From NCBI GenBank assembly GCA_964384035.1, contig CAYLIB010000002.1, positions 28,704 through 92,703 of the forward strand: a stretch of DNA of 64,000 nucleotides. The letters run 5' to 3'. Below, piece by piece: positions 1 to 9,208 of this stretch. Made by a program: the position numbers and the translations under genes. The notes beneath the pieces are model-generated. The model saw only the letters and a list, made by a program, of their open reading frames with translations, was not told the origin of the DNA and ran no database searches. This DNA comes from an uncultured Candidatus Saccharibacteria bacterium. GTDB taxonomy: Bacteria; Patescibacteriota; Doudnabacteria; UBA920. Numbering within the stretch: position 1 is the first letter of the stretch; each line of letters begins with the position of its first letter.

Positions 1-459
1 AAAGTTAAAGATTCAGTTAATATTGTTGAGTTGATAAGAAAGCAGCTTACGAAGCAAAAGTCTCAAATCAATAAAAAGGATATTACATTAAGCATACCTG
101 AGTTAAGTGAGATGAAAGTAACAGGGGATCCAGTAGCCCTAGATATTCTTTTTGAAAACTTAATAGACAACGCAATTACCTATACGAACGACAAAGGTTA
201 TATAAAAATTTCAGTCGACCCACAAGGTGAAGGGGTAATTGTCTGCATAGAAGACAACGGAATAGGTATTACCAAAAAAGACCAGGGGAGTATTTTTAAC
301 CAGTTCTTCCGTGCTACTAATTCCATAGAAAAGAAAAACGTCGGCACCGGCTTGGGACTTTACATAAGTAGACTAATAATAGAAGGTCACAACGGAAAAA
401 TTTGGTTTGAGTCCGAACAAAACCAAGGCAGTAAATTCTATCTTTTGCTACCCAAATAA
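1..459 (+). CDS. Sensor histidine kinase, C-terminal HATPase_c domain (5' end lies before the window)
   Basis: N box ENLIDNAITY, G1 box IEDNGIGI, F box FNQFFR, G2 box GTGLGLYI; the frame is open from the window edge. Confidence 0.9.
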   Translation, partial: KVKDSVNIVELIRKQLTKQKSQINKKDITLSIPELSEMKVTGDPVALDILFENLIDNAITYTNDKGYIKISVDPQGEGVIVCIEDNGIGITKKDQGSIFNQFFRATNSIEKKNVGTGLGLYISRLIIEGHNGKIWFESEQNQGSKFYLLLPK

Positions 460-485
460 TCCTTATATTTTTCAATTCACGCCAA

Positions 486-518
486 AAGAAAAAACCGCCA
501 CAAGGCGGTCTTTTCTTT
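486..518 (+). terminator. Intrinsic terminator after the kinase gene (probably bidirectional)
   Basis: aaagaaaaaaccgcc-acaa-ggcggtcttttcttt hairpin with A and T tracts. Confidence 0.6.
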
Positions 519-608
519 GGTCGGGGTGCTGGGTTGGCTATGTAACGATTCCCTTAACGCGCCCGGCTACAAAAACAAATAAGCCAGCCAAAGGCTGACT
601 TATCTGCT

Positions 609-682
609 TGGTCGGGGTGCTGGGAATCGAACCCAGTCTACTCGGTCCCAAACCGAGCGTACTACCGGTATACTACACCCCG
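609..682 (-). tRNA. tRNA-Pro(TGG)
   Basis: Reverse complement CGGGGTGTAGTATACCGGTAGTACGCTCGGTTTGGGACCGAGTAGACTGGGTTCGATTCCCAGCACCCCGACCA folds as a cloverleaf with TGG anticodon, GTTCGA T-loop and encoded CCA. Confidence 0.93.
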
Positions 683-1092
683 AAAAAAATATTAAGTTTT
701 GGTTCGATTCCCTAGCGCCAAGGGCGCGAGAAGGGGAGGCTCCAAAAGGGCTTTGCCCGTTGGAGGGGACGACGTGAGTCCCTTATGAAGCATACCAGTC
801 TACTCGGTCCCAAACCGAGGGGACGTTCGGTATACTACACCCCGAAAAATATTTAGTTTTACTTACTTATGGTTCGATTCTAGCAGCAAGGCTGCGAGAA
901 GGGGAGTCTCGAAGTCAGCTTCGCTGATTCGAGGGGTGCTCTTGAAGGGATCAGGCTTCGCCTGTCCCTGCTCAATCCGGCGACGCTAGTCCCTCTATAG
1001 CAAAGGACTACCGGTATACTACACCCCGAAAGAATATTAAGTTGTTGATTCGATTCCCTAGCGCCAAGGGCGCGAGAAGGGAAGGTTCAAAG
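661..1092. repeat. Three imperfect tandem units, each a tRNA-Pro 5' fragment plus a hairpin-rich element
   Basis: cggtatactacaccccgaaa occurs at ~666, ~828 and ~1012; each is followed by ttcgattc...gcgagaaggg; a second copy of the anticodon arm lies at 795-819; the tRNA 3' end is also duplicated at 518-533. Confidence 0.8.
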
Positions 1093-1262
1093 TTTTCTTC
1101 TCAACCCGTAAATATTAGCAAATACTCTAAAAAAAATAAAGGGATTCTTTACCGCGGCTAGTTTAATAGGAAAATAGTCAAATATCAAAAAATATTATGA
1201 AAATAATCAGTTGGATATCTGGTGTTAAAAGTCTTATACTTCATACAAAGGAGGTAAGTTTT

Positions 1263-1376
1263 ATGTATTTTTTAACGATTTACAGCCCATCAGCGCTAGC
1301 GATGCTGGCCGTTTGCATGTGTATGCTATACAGAACTTATCAAGAAAGTAAGTTAAGAATTAGTCAAAGCCAATAA
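1263..1376 (+). CDS. Putative 37-aa small membrane protein (MYFLTIYSPSALAMLAVCMCMLYRTYQESKLRISQSQ)
   Basis: GGAGG RBS 8 nt before ATG, TATACT -10-like box upstream, one hydrophobic segment; below the ORF track cutoff. Confidence 0.4.
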   Translation: MYFLTIYSPSALAMLAVCMCMLYRTYQESKLRISQSQ

Positions 1377-1429
1377 CAAGGCTTTTTATTTTTCATAAAA
1401 AAAGACCTCGACCAGATGTCGAAGTTTAA

Positions 1430-2224
1430 TTAGTCATCGCTTGAGCTAGCGCCACCCCCTCCAGAACTGCCGCCACCAAAACCACCCCAGCCACTCCCGC
1501 TCGAAGAAGATGAAGAAGACCAGGAACTTCCTGAATCGTATGAGCTACCAGAGGAGCTGATGTCTATCCCTAAGCGGTTCAGTATCCATAGGATAATCAG
1601 AAGCACGACAATAATTATCAATATTGTTAGTATTGGGTGACGAGCGAACCACGAAGGCTCCACCTTTGGTTTCTGTCCCGGTGGGTAAGCATGCGTGTCG
1701 AGGTGGTTCTTCACCTCGTGAGCAATGAGCACGAGTGCTTGCGAAAGTGCCCCAGTCTCTCCGGCTTTATACCGGGCAATAAGTGGTTTCCGTTTACCAA
1801 GTATTCCACCATCGCCCGCTGCACCATCGGTTAGCGCGTACTCCAAGCCATAACCCACTTCAATCCGCCATTTTTTTTCTTTGGCGGTGTAGAGAATGAG
1901 TATGCCTCGATCGCGGTCTTCGTTTGAGTAAGTGGTACCTTTCGGTCCAATGCCCCACTTTCGAAACAGGTCATTGGCGAAGTCCTCAACAGAACCCCAA
2001 CCTTCAATGTTGGGCACAGTCACGACTGCGATCTGAATATTTTTCGCTTTGTCGTAATCTTCAAGTTCTTTTTCGAGCGACTCTACATCGCTCTTTTGCA
2101 TGAGGCCCGCGAAGTCATTCACCAATTGCGGAGGGTTAGAAACCTCCGGCAGCTTTGCTTTGTTCTCGGCCATCGCTGTCAGTGAAAGAGCGAACATCGC
2201 CACAAGCAACATTATTTTTTTCAT
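1430..2224 (-). CDS. TPM-domain (YgcG-like) membrane protein
   Basis: Signal peptide, VNDFAGL...IAVVTV...WGIG...GILIL...RIEVGYGLE motifs, TM helix, Gly/Ser tail GGFGGGSSGGGGAS; start placed at MKKI after GGAGG. Confidence 0.88.
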   Translation of the reverse strand: MKKIMLLVAMFALSLTAMAENKAKLPEVSNPPQLVNDFAGLMQKSDVESLEKELEDYDKAKNIQIAVVTVPNIEGWGSVEDFANDLFRKWGIGPKGTTYSNEDRDRGILILYTAKEKKWRIEVGYGLEYALTDGAAGDGGILGKRKPLIARYKAGETGALSQALVLIAHEVKNHLDTHAYPPGQKPKVEPSWFARHPILTILIIIVVLLIILWILNRLGIDISSSGSSYDSGSSWSSSSSSSGSGWGGFGGGSSGGGGASSSDD

Positions 2225-2402
2225 TGAAAAACCCTCCAAAATTTGGTTTGTTCGAAAATTTTGCTGGTAAAACCGTTAATTATCGCACTTTTTGTCTATT
2301 TTGTCAATATTTTTATAAATACTATTTGACATATTTTAAAAAAAATGCCATAATATTATCTTATTTCAGTATCTTAACCACAACTTTACCTGGAGGTAGA
2401 TT

Positions 2403-3746
2403 ATGAATTTTCAGAAAATCATCGCACAAACAACTCTGTTTGTGTTGTTTGCAGTCCTTTCGGTGAATCTCGTTATCGCCCAAAGCCTTCCAAGACCCAA
2501 CGGTTATGTGAATGACTTCGCGGGGAAACTCACCGCCGAAGAGCGAGCTCATCTCGAAAACAAACTGGTGAATTTCGAAAAAAACACCAGCATTGAATTC
2601 GCTATTGCTGTGGTCCCTACCCTAGAAGGGCGAGCACCAAAAGACTTCACCGACAACCTGGCGAGAAGCTGGGGTTTGGGGAAGAAAGACAGGAACAATG
2701 GGATCCTGCTTGTTTGGGCGCCAGTCGAACGCCAAACCTACGCTACAGCAGGTGATGGTCTCCTGGAAGATATAAACAGTGAGGTCATAACAAGTCTGTT
2801 AAACGAGCAGATGAAGCCCTACTTCGTAAAAGGGTATTTCTTCGCCGGACTCGACGCGTTTACAAGCGCGGTTATTTCCCACCTCGGTGAATACCCATGG
2901 GAAAAACGCGCTGAAGTGCGGGGGTTGAATGCGCAGAAAGCGCGGGAAGAAGCCGAGAGGCAACATGAAAGTGACATCCTATTCATGAAAGTGGGTGGCA
3001 CCTTTCTGCTTATATGTGGAGTTTGTCTGTTACTCTACGCTCTCTATGACAACCGGCGTTCCGTTAATCAGCTCAAGGCTAGACTGGGTGTTATTGCCCA
3101 GAATCTAGATAAGGCTTTATCAGAACGGCAGTTAGTGAGGGGTTTAATAGCTTTGCTTAAGGAAGAAATCCCTAACCAAGATGTATCCGAACTCGAGTCA
3201 GAGTTCGAAAAACATCTTGGGAAAGTAGCTGAGTTGCGTTCTGAGCTCGAGTTATTGCTCGGTTCAAAGATCAAAAAAAACCACCGGGAGCAGATTAACG
3301 AGCTTGAGAAGAAGTCAGAAAAAGAGCGGGATCTGAAGAAGGCGATTGAACGCAAGATCGAAAAGATCAAGCACGCCAAAGCAGAAGTTGAAAAGCTGAT
3401 GGCTTCAATTGACCCGAAGATCTTCTCTACCGATGGTATGGAAATACACTCAGGAAGGGAAGAAGAAGTTGCCGAAATGCTCAGTACCGCGCGAGCGAAT
3501 TACGAACAAGGGGTCCAGCTCTTCGGGGTCTCCGGCCAAACGGTGGTGAATTTCCTCATCATCTACAGCCTGCTCTCTGACTCTGTCTCGGGCGCCGAGT
3601 CTGCAACAAACTACGCATCCGGCGCTTCCTCCTACTATTCAAGCAACAGTTCTTCCTACGGTGTCCAACCCTCCCAGCCCACCCAAACAATTAGTTTCGG
3701 CGGGGGAGGCGGCTTCGGCTCCGCAGGCGGAGGAATGAGCTACTAA
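2403..3746 (+). CDS. TPM-domain protein with TM helix and long coiled-coil C-terminus
   Basis: YVNDFAGKL...WGLGKKDRNNGILLV TPM signature, TM helix, K/E-rich coiled coil, Gly-rich tail; GGAGG RBS. Confidence 0.85.
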   Translation: MNFQKIIAQTTLFVLFAVLSVNLVIAQSLPRPNGYVNDFAGKLTAEERAHLENKLVNFEKNTSIEFAIAVVPTLEGRAPKDFTDNLARSWGLGKKDRNNGILLVWAPVERQTYATAGDGLLEDINSEVITSLLNEQMKPYFVKGYFFAGLDAFTSAVISHLGEYPWEKRAEVRGLNAQKAREEAERQHESDILFMKVGGTFLLICGVCLLLYALYDNRRSVNQLKARLGVIAQNLDKALSERQLVRGLIALLKEEIPNQDVSELESEFEKHLGKVAELRSELELLLGSKIKKNHREQINELEKKSEKERDLKKAIERKIEKIKHAKAEVEKLMASIDPKIFSTDGMEIHSGREEEVAEMLSTARANYEQGVQLFGVSGQTVVNFLIIYSLLSDSVSGAESATNYASGASSYYSSNSSSYGVQPSQPTQTISFGGGGGFGSAGGGMSY

Positions 3747-3771
3747 ATCTTTGTCTACAGGAAAGGGAAAT

Positions 3772-4134
3772 ATGACAGTTCAAGTAGCAGATAAGTCAGC
3801 AATACTGTTTCGGTTTAGGCAACTGCTTTCACCTGGGCAATTCGTCGAGGACGCCCGAGTCGAGCGGGTCTGCGGAGCAAAGTTGCACCGCTTACTCAGG
3901 CCTTGGTTTTTTAGTAGTCGAGACTTTGCAGAGTCAGACTTGGTCAGCTTGCTCGTCAAATGCAAATTGGCCGAAAATGATGCGGAAGCAATGGAGATTA
4001 TTGAGCTTCTCTGCAACCGCTCAAATCGTATTGACTACCATAGGCTCTACGAATTCTACTTCATCCGGCAGACGGACAAAGCCGGAAAGGTAAATTACAG
4101 AATCGCCTACGATGATCCCAGTGAAGGGGATTGA
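3772..4134 (+). CDS. Hypothetical protein
   Basis: ORF directly after the TPM gene, purine-rich RBS, terminator hairpin at 4140-4172. Confidence 0.6.
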   Translation: MTVQVADKSAILFRFRQLLSPGQFVEDARVERVCGAKLHRLLRPWFFSSRDFAESDLVSLLVKCKLAENDAEAMEIIELLCNRSNRIDYHRLYEFYFIRQTDKAGKVNYRIAYDDPSEGD

Positions 4135-4184
4135 TTTTCAGCGCTAAATAGCCTCTATTTAGCGCTCTTTTTATATTTTAAGTA

Positions 4185-4213
4185 TTGACAAAAACTCATT
4201 TTTAATTTATAAT
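4185..4213 (+). promoter_or_regulatory. Consensus sigma70 promoter
   Basis: TTGACA-17 nt-TATAAT. Confidence 0.75.
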
Positions 4214-4302
4214 GTTTGGTTATCTCACGGCGTTAGCTAAGAAAATTCCAATTTTTGGTATCTGGCTTACGTGAATTTCTACAACAAAACGAGGGAATCA
4301 CA

Positions 4303-4983
4303 ATGAAATTGGCAAGATTATTTATTGACCTCGATGACTGCCTAATCAACACAGGCGCTATCATCGAAGCTCATAAGCAGATTTTGCTCCGCAATGGTGT
4401 TTCGCCAGAAGCGTTGGCCGAATACTTTGCGTCTCGGGGAAATGCACCGGACTATTACCGGTCACGCACGTTTTACCTTATGTCTAACGCGGAGGTTGTG
4501 AAAACTCTCTTCGGGCTGAATGAGGAGCAGGTAAAGCGAATCCTCGCCGAAACCACCGCTTTCATTTTCGACTTCAAGCGTTATATCTACGACGATGCTT
4601 GGTTCTTCCTCGAAACTTTCAAAGTCGACCCCAACACAGAAATAGTGCTTGTCACAGTCGGCGGAGAAGGCTGGCAGGGGATAAAGATAAGTGCTTCGGG
4701 TATCCAGCGTTACTTTACACGCGTTGCCATCACTGCCGGCGGTAAAAAACCAGACTCAATTGCGCAGATTCAGGCCGAAGAAGGTGATCAGGGGGTAATA
4801 ACTTACTTCCTCGACGACAAAGGAAGTGAGGTTGCGGGCGTCAAAAAAGCCTTCCCAGACATCACCTGCATTCACGTCAACCGAGGTGATGAAGCGCGCT
4901 ACGCGACCGATAAGTCTGAGAGTCATGACTACGTCGTGAAAGATCTGCGAGAGGCTGTAAACATTATCAAGACTCTGTCATAA
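4303..4983 (+). CDS. HAD-superfamily hydrolase/phosphatase
   Basis: Motif I FIDLDDCL, motif II LVT, motif III K, motif IV FLDDK; start at MKLAR after GAGGG. Confidence 0.85.
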   Translation: MKLARLFIDLDDCLINTGAIIEAHKQILLRNGVSPEALAEYFASRGNAPDYYRSRTFYLMSNAEVVKTLFGLNEEQVKRILAETTAFIFDFKRYIYDDAWFFLETFKVDPNTEIVLVTVGGEGWQGIKISASGIQRYFTRVAITAGGKKPDSIAQIQAEEGDQGVITYFLDDKGSEVAGVKKAFPDITCIHVNRGDEARYATDKSESHDYVVKDLREAVNIIKTLS

Positions 4984-5083
4984 AAGACAGATTTTTTTAT
5001 TGACAAAAAAAACTTTTTATGATATAAATAAATTTAAATCCAAATAACTTTTGCAATGGTTAACCATAGGAGGAATTAGTTTT

Positions 5084-6256
5084 ATGACACCCACTTTTCA
5101 AATGGAGTCCATTCTGAGGCTAGTTATGAGCGAGCAGGTGGACAGAGCGGAAGCGATCGCGCGACTGAATAAAGAACTATCTAACTGGGGAAATGAGAGT
5201 CTTATTAGGCTCTACACCCAAGCTGTGGAAGACCAAAACTTCTATCTTTCCGCCGAACGTGTAGACGCGTTTCATATTCTCTGTAATTTGCTGGTGTCCC
5301 GAAGGTTAATTAGTATGCGGGAATTCCAAGCAAGAAAGAATATGACTGTCCTATACAATGTTGGTTTCAGTCAGAGCGGTCTTCCTCTGGATATGGAAAC
5401 TGGCGAAGACCTGACCGAAGTTCTGAAGATATACAGTCTTATGAAATTTGGCTCAGTAGCCGACATTGCGTGGTTCGCGAAGAAGGTTTCCGAACGAATC
5501 ATCCAGGGTCTGGTTTCTGGTCAGAGCATCTTGACTGTATTCGAGAAAGCACGCAGTCAAAACCAATACGTGGCTCTGCTCTCGCCGGGTTCCAGGAACG
5601 TCAGGCTTGCGCAAGACTTGGTCTACGTTCAAGTAGTTAAGAAAGTGAATGTTTGGCTAGCTTTAAACGGGTACCCAACCATTATGCTCGTAAGAGCACC
5701 CCGCTTTCAGTCCTCAAAGGCAAATTACGCCGAACTTAGCGTAGCCGAGAGGTTAAGAGAAATGCGAGAGGTCTTACCGGGCGACGACTTCTTCTCCCGT
5801 GGTGTGCACCTGCTTTTCTCCGACGATGTTCGCATTACTGGTGCATCGGCAGATTGGACAGAGATTAACTGTCTCAACAGAGGTGGTTTATCTTTCGGAT
5901 CCATTTTCTGCATGGCCGTAGATCCACTCTTGGTTCAAGACGATCCCGGGGTAGAACAACGCATTAACCACTTTCATGTAACCCCTAAGCTGGACTCAAC
6001 AACCGCATACATATTGAATCAGCCTGGATTCATTCCGGTCCAGCGCTTACTGAGACTCCTGCTGAATGTCTCAAATCGAGAAAGTCTCGCTGGTTTCCTT
6101 GGTGGGGTTTATGACCATGCGTTGGTTGAAGTCTATAGTGGTGCTATGTCGAATGACTACCTGGCCGACGATCGGTACGCTCCCTCGCTCGATATTTGGA
6201 AGAAAGAGTTGCATCGTCGAAATCTCGTAGACAGTAATGGATTGTTGCTGGGTTAG
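5084..6256 (+). CDS. ComF-like Ter-associated phosphoribosyltransferase (PRTase_3-like), one intact domain plus a remnant of a second
   Basis: YSLMKFG and PRPP-binding-type loop LLFSDDVRITGAS; aligns by eye with the C-terminal two thirds of the 6485 protein; AGGAGG RBS. Confidence 0.72.
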   Translation: MTPTFQMESILRLVMSEQVDRAEAIARLNKELSNWGNESLIRLYTQAVEDQNFYLSAERVDAFHILCNLLVSRRLISMREFQARKNMTVLYNVGFSQSGLPLDMETGEDLTEVLKIYSLMKFGSVADIAWFAKKVSERIIQGLVSGQSILTVFEKARSQNQYVALLSPGSRNVRLAQDLVYVQVVKKVNVWLALNGYPTIMLVRAPRFQSSKANYAELSVAERLREMREVLPGDDFFSRGVHLLFSDDVRITGASADWTEINCLNRGGLSFGSIFCMAVDPLLVQDDPGVEQRINHFHVTPKLDSTTAYILNQPGFIPVQRLLRLLLNVSNRESLAGFLGGVYDHALVEVYSGAMSNDYLADDRYAPSLDIWKKELHRRNLVDSNGLLLG

Positions 6257-6305
6257 TAATATGTATTTACCTATGCTTGGAGCATAGGTTCTTTTTTTGT
6301 AAAAA

Positions 6306-6334
6306 TTGACAAAAACCCATTTTTAAAGTATAAT
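6306..6334 (+). promoter_or_regulatory. Consensus sigma70 promoter
   Basis: TTGACA-17 nt-TATAAT. Confidence 0.75.
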
Positions 6335-6484
6335 CAGCCGTTTAAATTGTGTGTATTTATAATCGGCAGTGCTAATTTCCGCTGAATAAGCTGTTTGCAC
6401 GGCACTCTTTTTCAGTAGCTAAAGTTCTTTAGCTTCTGAAAATCGGTTTTTCTAAAAGAATACAAAATTTGGAGGAAAGGAAAA

Positions 6485-8332
6485 ATGGATTCAAGACAAA
6501 GATTCGCGAGTCTCGCCGTCCATACCATCAATCAGCCCAACGAATTAAGTCATCCGTTTCAACAGCGTTACAGCCGAATGAAGCACGGTGACCCTAAGGC
6601 CATTGTGGAATCGGCCGGCAAGCTGATTTACGCAATGAAGCAGGATCCGGTTATCGCCGAAGCAATCGAAAGAGGCGACGACATCATCCTGACATCATCT
6701 GCCTTCGGAAGTGTACCCACGGCGATCTATGCAGTAGTCTTAGCAATGGTTCCGCAACTCGCGGAAATCGGCGTTAAGGCTGAAGTTGTTAAAATCAATC
6801 GTTCAGGCAACTTCCGGGTAAACAACTACGGAAGTATGAACGCCACCGAAAGAGGCGCAAGTCTCAAAGAAAGAAAAATCAGTCTTTCCGAGGAGGACCT
6901 CAACAGGATCAGGGGCAAGCTCGTGGTGGTCGTGGACGATATTAAAGTCACGGGTAGTCACGAAATCGCTATTACCCAACTCCTTGAAAGCACGGAAGTC
7001 CGCTTGGTCAGGTTCTGCTACTTAGTAAGTTTTACAAAAGAACTAGCAGAAACCTTCCCACAAGCCGAAGACCTCTTCAATAGCGCTGTCGTGCGCACAC
7101 TCGCAGACCTGCTTCATTTCACCAACGATGAGTTTGTGGTTAACGCCCGGACCATCAAAATGATTTTGTCTACAAAGGAATACGTGGACAAAACCAAGGC
7201 TGAAATGCTCGCCGATCTCTACGAGTATCTGGCCCACGACGACGACCAAACAATTCTGAAGTTCTACCGCGCGGCCACTTCCGAAGATGGCTATTGCTAC
7301 TTCCCCGAGTACGTTGACGGCTTCCATGTGCTTGCAAACGTCGCGATAGCTCGGGGTCTCGTTTCACTCAAAGAGTTCCAGCAAGTTAAAAATGCTGTTG
7401 TGGTCAACAACCTCACGGTTGGCGGCCGTGGTACGTACTTGGATGTAGACTCAGGCGATAACCTGGGTGAGACAACGCGCATGTATAGCCTAATGAAGTT
7501 CGGTGGCGTGCATGAAGTTAAGTGGTTCGCCAGTCGTGTAGCCAAGCAGGTAATAGGCGAACTCAAAACGCCAGGCAGTGGCTTCAGGAAACTCTTCGAG
7601 CGAGCAAGGGACAACAACGAACATGTGGTTATGCTTACTCCGGGTTCAAGGAACGTTGTGTCTGCACAACATTCCATTTTTGAAACCGCGGTTAAGTCTA
7701 TAAACGCGTGGTTAGCACTTAACGGATACCCGACAATCATCTTCTGTAAGTTGACCCGATTTTCTTCAGGCGCAGCTAACTACTCTGAGCTGAGCGTGTC
7801 GGAGAGGGTTAAGGAACAGCGCAGTAAAGGTTTAGGAGTATCTGCACTACCTAGCGAAGCTTTTTTTGCTCCAGGGGTACATATCATTTTCGCAGATGAT
7901 GTTCGTATCTCAGGGGCTTCCGCGGATCATTTCGAGATTCATGCGTTACTGCATGGTGCCCTGTCATGCAGTTCCATCTACTGTCTGATGGTCGATCCTC
8001 GTATCGCCATCGCCAATCCGGCATTCGAAAACGAGCTGAATCAGGTCGTCATTAAGGGTGGTTTGGATGATCAAGTTGCCTACATCCTTAATCAGCCAGA
8101 TTTCAGACCCGTTCAAAGAATGCTCCGACTCATTCTTCAAGAATCGAACAGGGGAACGCTGGCTACTTTCTTAGAGAACCTCGCCTCTACCGAAGCAATC
8201 TCTCGTATCTACGTGGCTGCTTTAGAAAGCGAGTTCTATCAAGATAGTCGTTACAGAGATTCCGTTCCTTTACTTTCTGCCGAGCTACGGAAACGTGGGG
8301 TATTGGATGAAGACGGTTTGGTAATTTGCTAG
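6485..8332 (+). CDS. Tandem two-domain ComF-like Ter-associated phosphoribosyltransferase (PRTase_3-like)
   Basis: Domain 1 has YSRMKHGD...SSAFGSVPTA...NYG...VVVVDDIKVTGSHE; domain 2 has YSLMKFGG...NYS...IIFADDVRISGAS. Confidence 0.78.
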   Translation: MDSRQRFASLAVHTINQPNELSHPFQQRYSRMKHGDPKAIVESAGKLIYAMKQDPVIAEAIERGDDIILTSSAFGSVPTAIYAVVLAMVPQLAEIGVKAEVVKINRSGNFRVNNYGSMNATERGASLKERKISLSEEDLNRIRGKLVVVVDDIKVTGSHEIAITQLLESTEVRLVRFCYLVSFTKELAETFPQAEDLFNSAVVRTLADLLHFTNDEFVVNARTIKMILSTKEYVDKTKAEMLADLYEYLAHDDDQTILKFYRAATSEDGYCYFPEYVDGFHVLANVAIARGLVSLKEFQQVKNAVVVNNLTVGGRGTYLDVDSGDNLGETTRMYSLMKFGGVHEVKWFASRVAKQVIGELKTPGSGFRKLFERARDNNEHVVMLTPGSRNVVSAQHSIFETAVKSINAWLALNGYPTIIFCKLTRFSSGAANYSELSVSERVKEQRSKGLGVSALPSEAFFAPGVHIIFADDVRISGASADHFEIHALLHGALSCSSIYCLMVDPRIAIANPAFENELNQVVIKGGLDDQVAYILNQPDFRPVQRMLRLILQESNRGTLATFLENLASTEAISRIYVAALESEFYQDSRYRDSVPLLSAELRKRGVLDEDGLVIC

Positions 8333-8356
8333 ATCAAATTCATCCAGGGGTAAAGA

Positions 8357-9001
8357 ATGAAAACGATTCTTCAAGATTTCGACGGAGTGATCTTCGACTG
8401 TGTCAGGTATATTGCAGACTTCAAGTCAGCAATTGTAAGTCGTGGAGTCTCGCAAGAGGCGCTCTCTGCTTACTTCAAGGCGCCTAGTCAATTTCCCCAA
8501 TATGCCTCTAGAGCCTATTCACTAATTAAGCACCCTGAAATACGACGGGAATGGTTAGGGGAATTAGGGATAGAGGCCGTTGATTACGCCATAGAAACTG
8601 TGGTCAAAAGGGGTGTGGATTATGTCTTCCCAGACGCTTGGGATCTTCTCAAGGTCGCACATAAGTCAGGAAGGCAGATATTACTCACTCAAGGAGCCAG
8701 AGAGGCACAGGAGTTGAAAGTTGTAAACTCGGGAGTCTGTCAGTATTTTGATCATTTACTGATGGGCACAGCCTGTAAGGGCCAGGTTATTTCTGAGTTT
8801 CTAGGCGATCAAACACAGGCTGTCGAAGGCTGGTTTTTGGACGATCGTGGTAAAAATCTCACCGTAGTCAAACAAGTATGTCCTAACATTAGGACTATCC
8901 TCGTCTGGCGTGAAAACGGTGCATATAACCACGAAAACCCAACCGACTACGACCATAAGGTGGAAAACCTAGACGAAGCTAGGCGTTTAATCTATTCATA
9001 G
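8357..9001 (+). CDS. HAD-superfamily hydrolase/phosphatase
   Basis: Motif I DFDGVI, LLT, K, motif IV FLDDR; paralog of the 4303 protein. Confidence 0.85.
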   Translation: MKTILQDFDGVIFDCVRYIADFKSAIVSRGVSQEALSAYFKAPSQFPQYASRAYSLIKHPEIRREWLGELGIEAVDYAIETVVKRGVDYVFPDAWDLLKVAHKSGRQILLTQGAREAQELKVVNSGVCQYFDHLLMGTACKGQVISEFLGDQTQAVEGWFLDDRGKNLTVVKQVCPNIRTILVWRENGAYNHENPTDYDHKVENLDEARRLIYS

Positions 9002-9031
9002 GACTACCCAACGGTAGTCTTTTTTTATTGC

Positions 9032-9060
9032 TTGACAAAAATAACTAAAAAATGTATACT
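9032..9060 (+). promoter_or_regulatory. Sigma70 promoter of terC
   Basis: TTGACA-17 nt-TATACT. Confidence 0.7.
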
Positions 9061-9208
9061 CGGATTTAATTTTTCTATGATTTTAGGGTTATGGACCAAA
9101 TTCGGTATTAAATACTGCTTTGGTTCATGGCCGTAAGTTGAAGCCTAAAAACTTCGTCTGCTTCGGTTGTCTAACAAAAGTTCGAAAATCCTTTAGGAGG
9201 TAGAACAA

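Noticed and set aside
518-533. attR of an integrated element carrying the Ter cluster
   Set aside because: The 3'-end duplication is only ~75 bp from the tRNA and on the side away from the cluster; no integrase is visible
407-598. 63-aa ORF
   Set aside because: Overlaps the kinase end, the terminator and a tRNA fragment; no RBS
661-1092. CRISPR array
   Set aside because: Only three units with ~165-185 bp irregular spacing, the repeat is a tRNA fragment, and there are no cas genes in the window
9061-9208. yybP-ykoY Mn riboswitch
   Set aside because: Expected from the terC context, but its conserved sequence elements are not recognisable; kept only as an unknown structured leader
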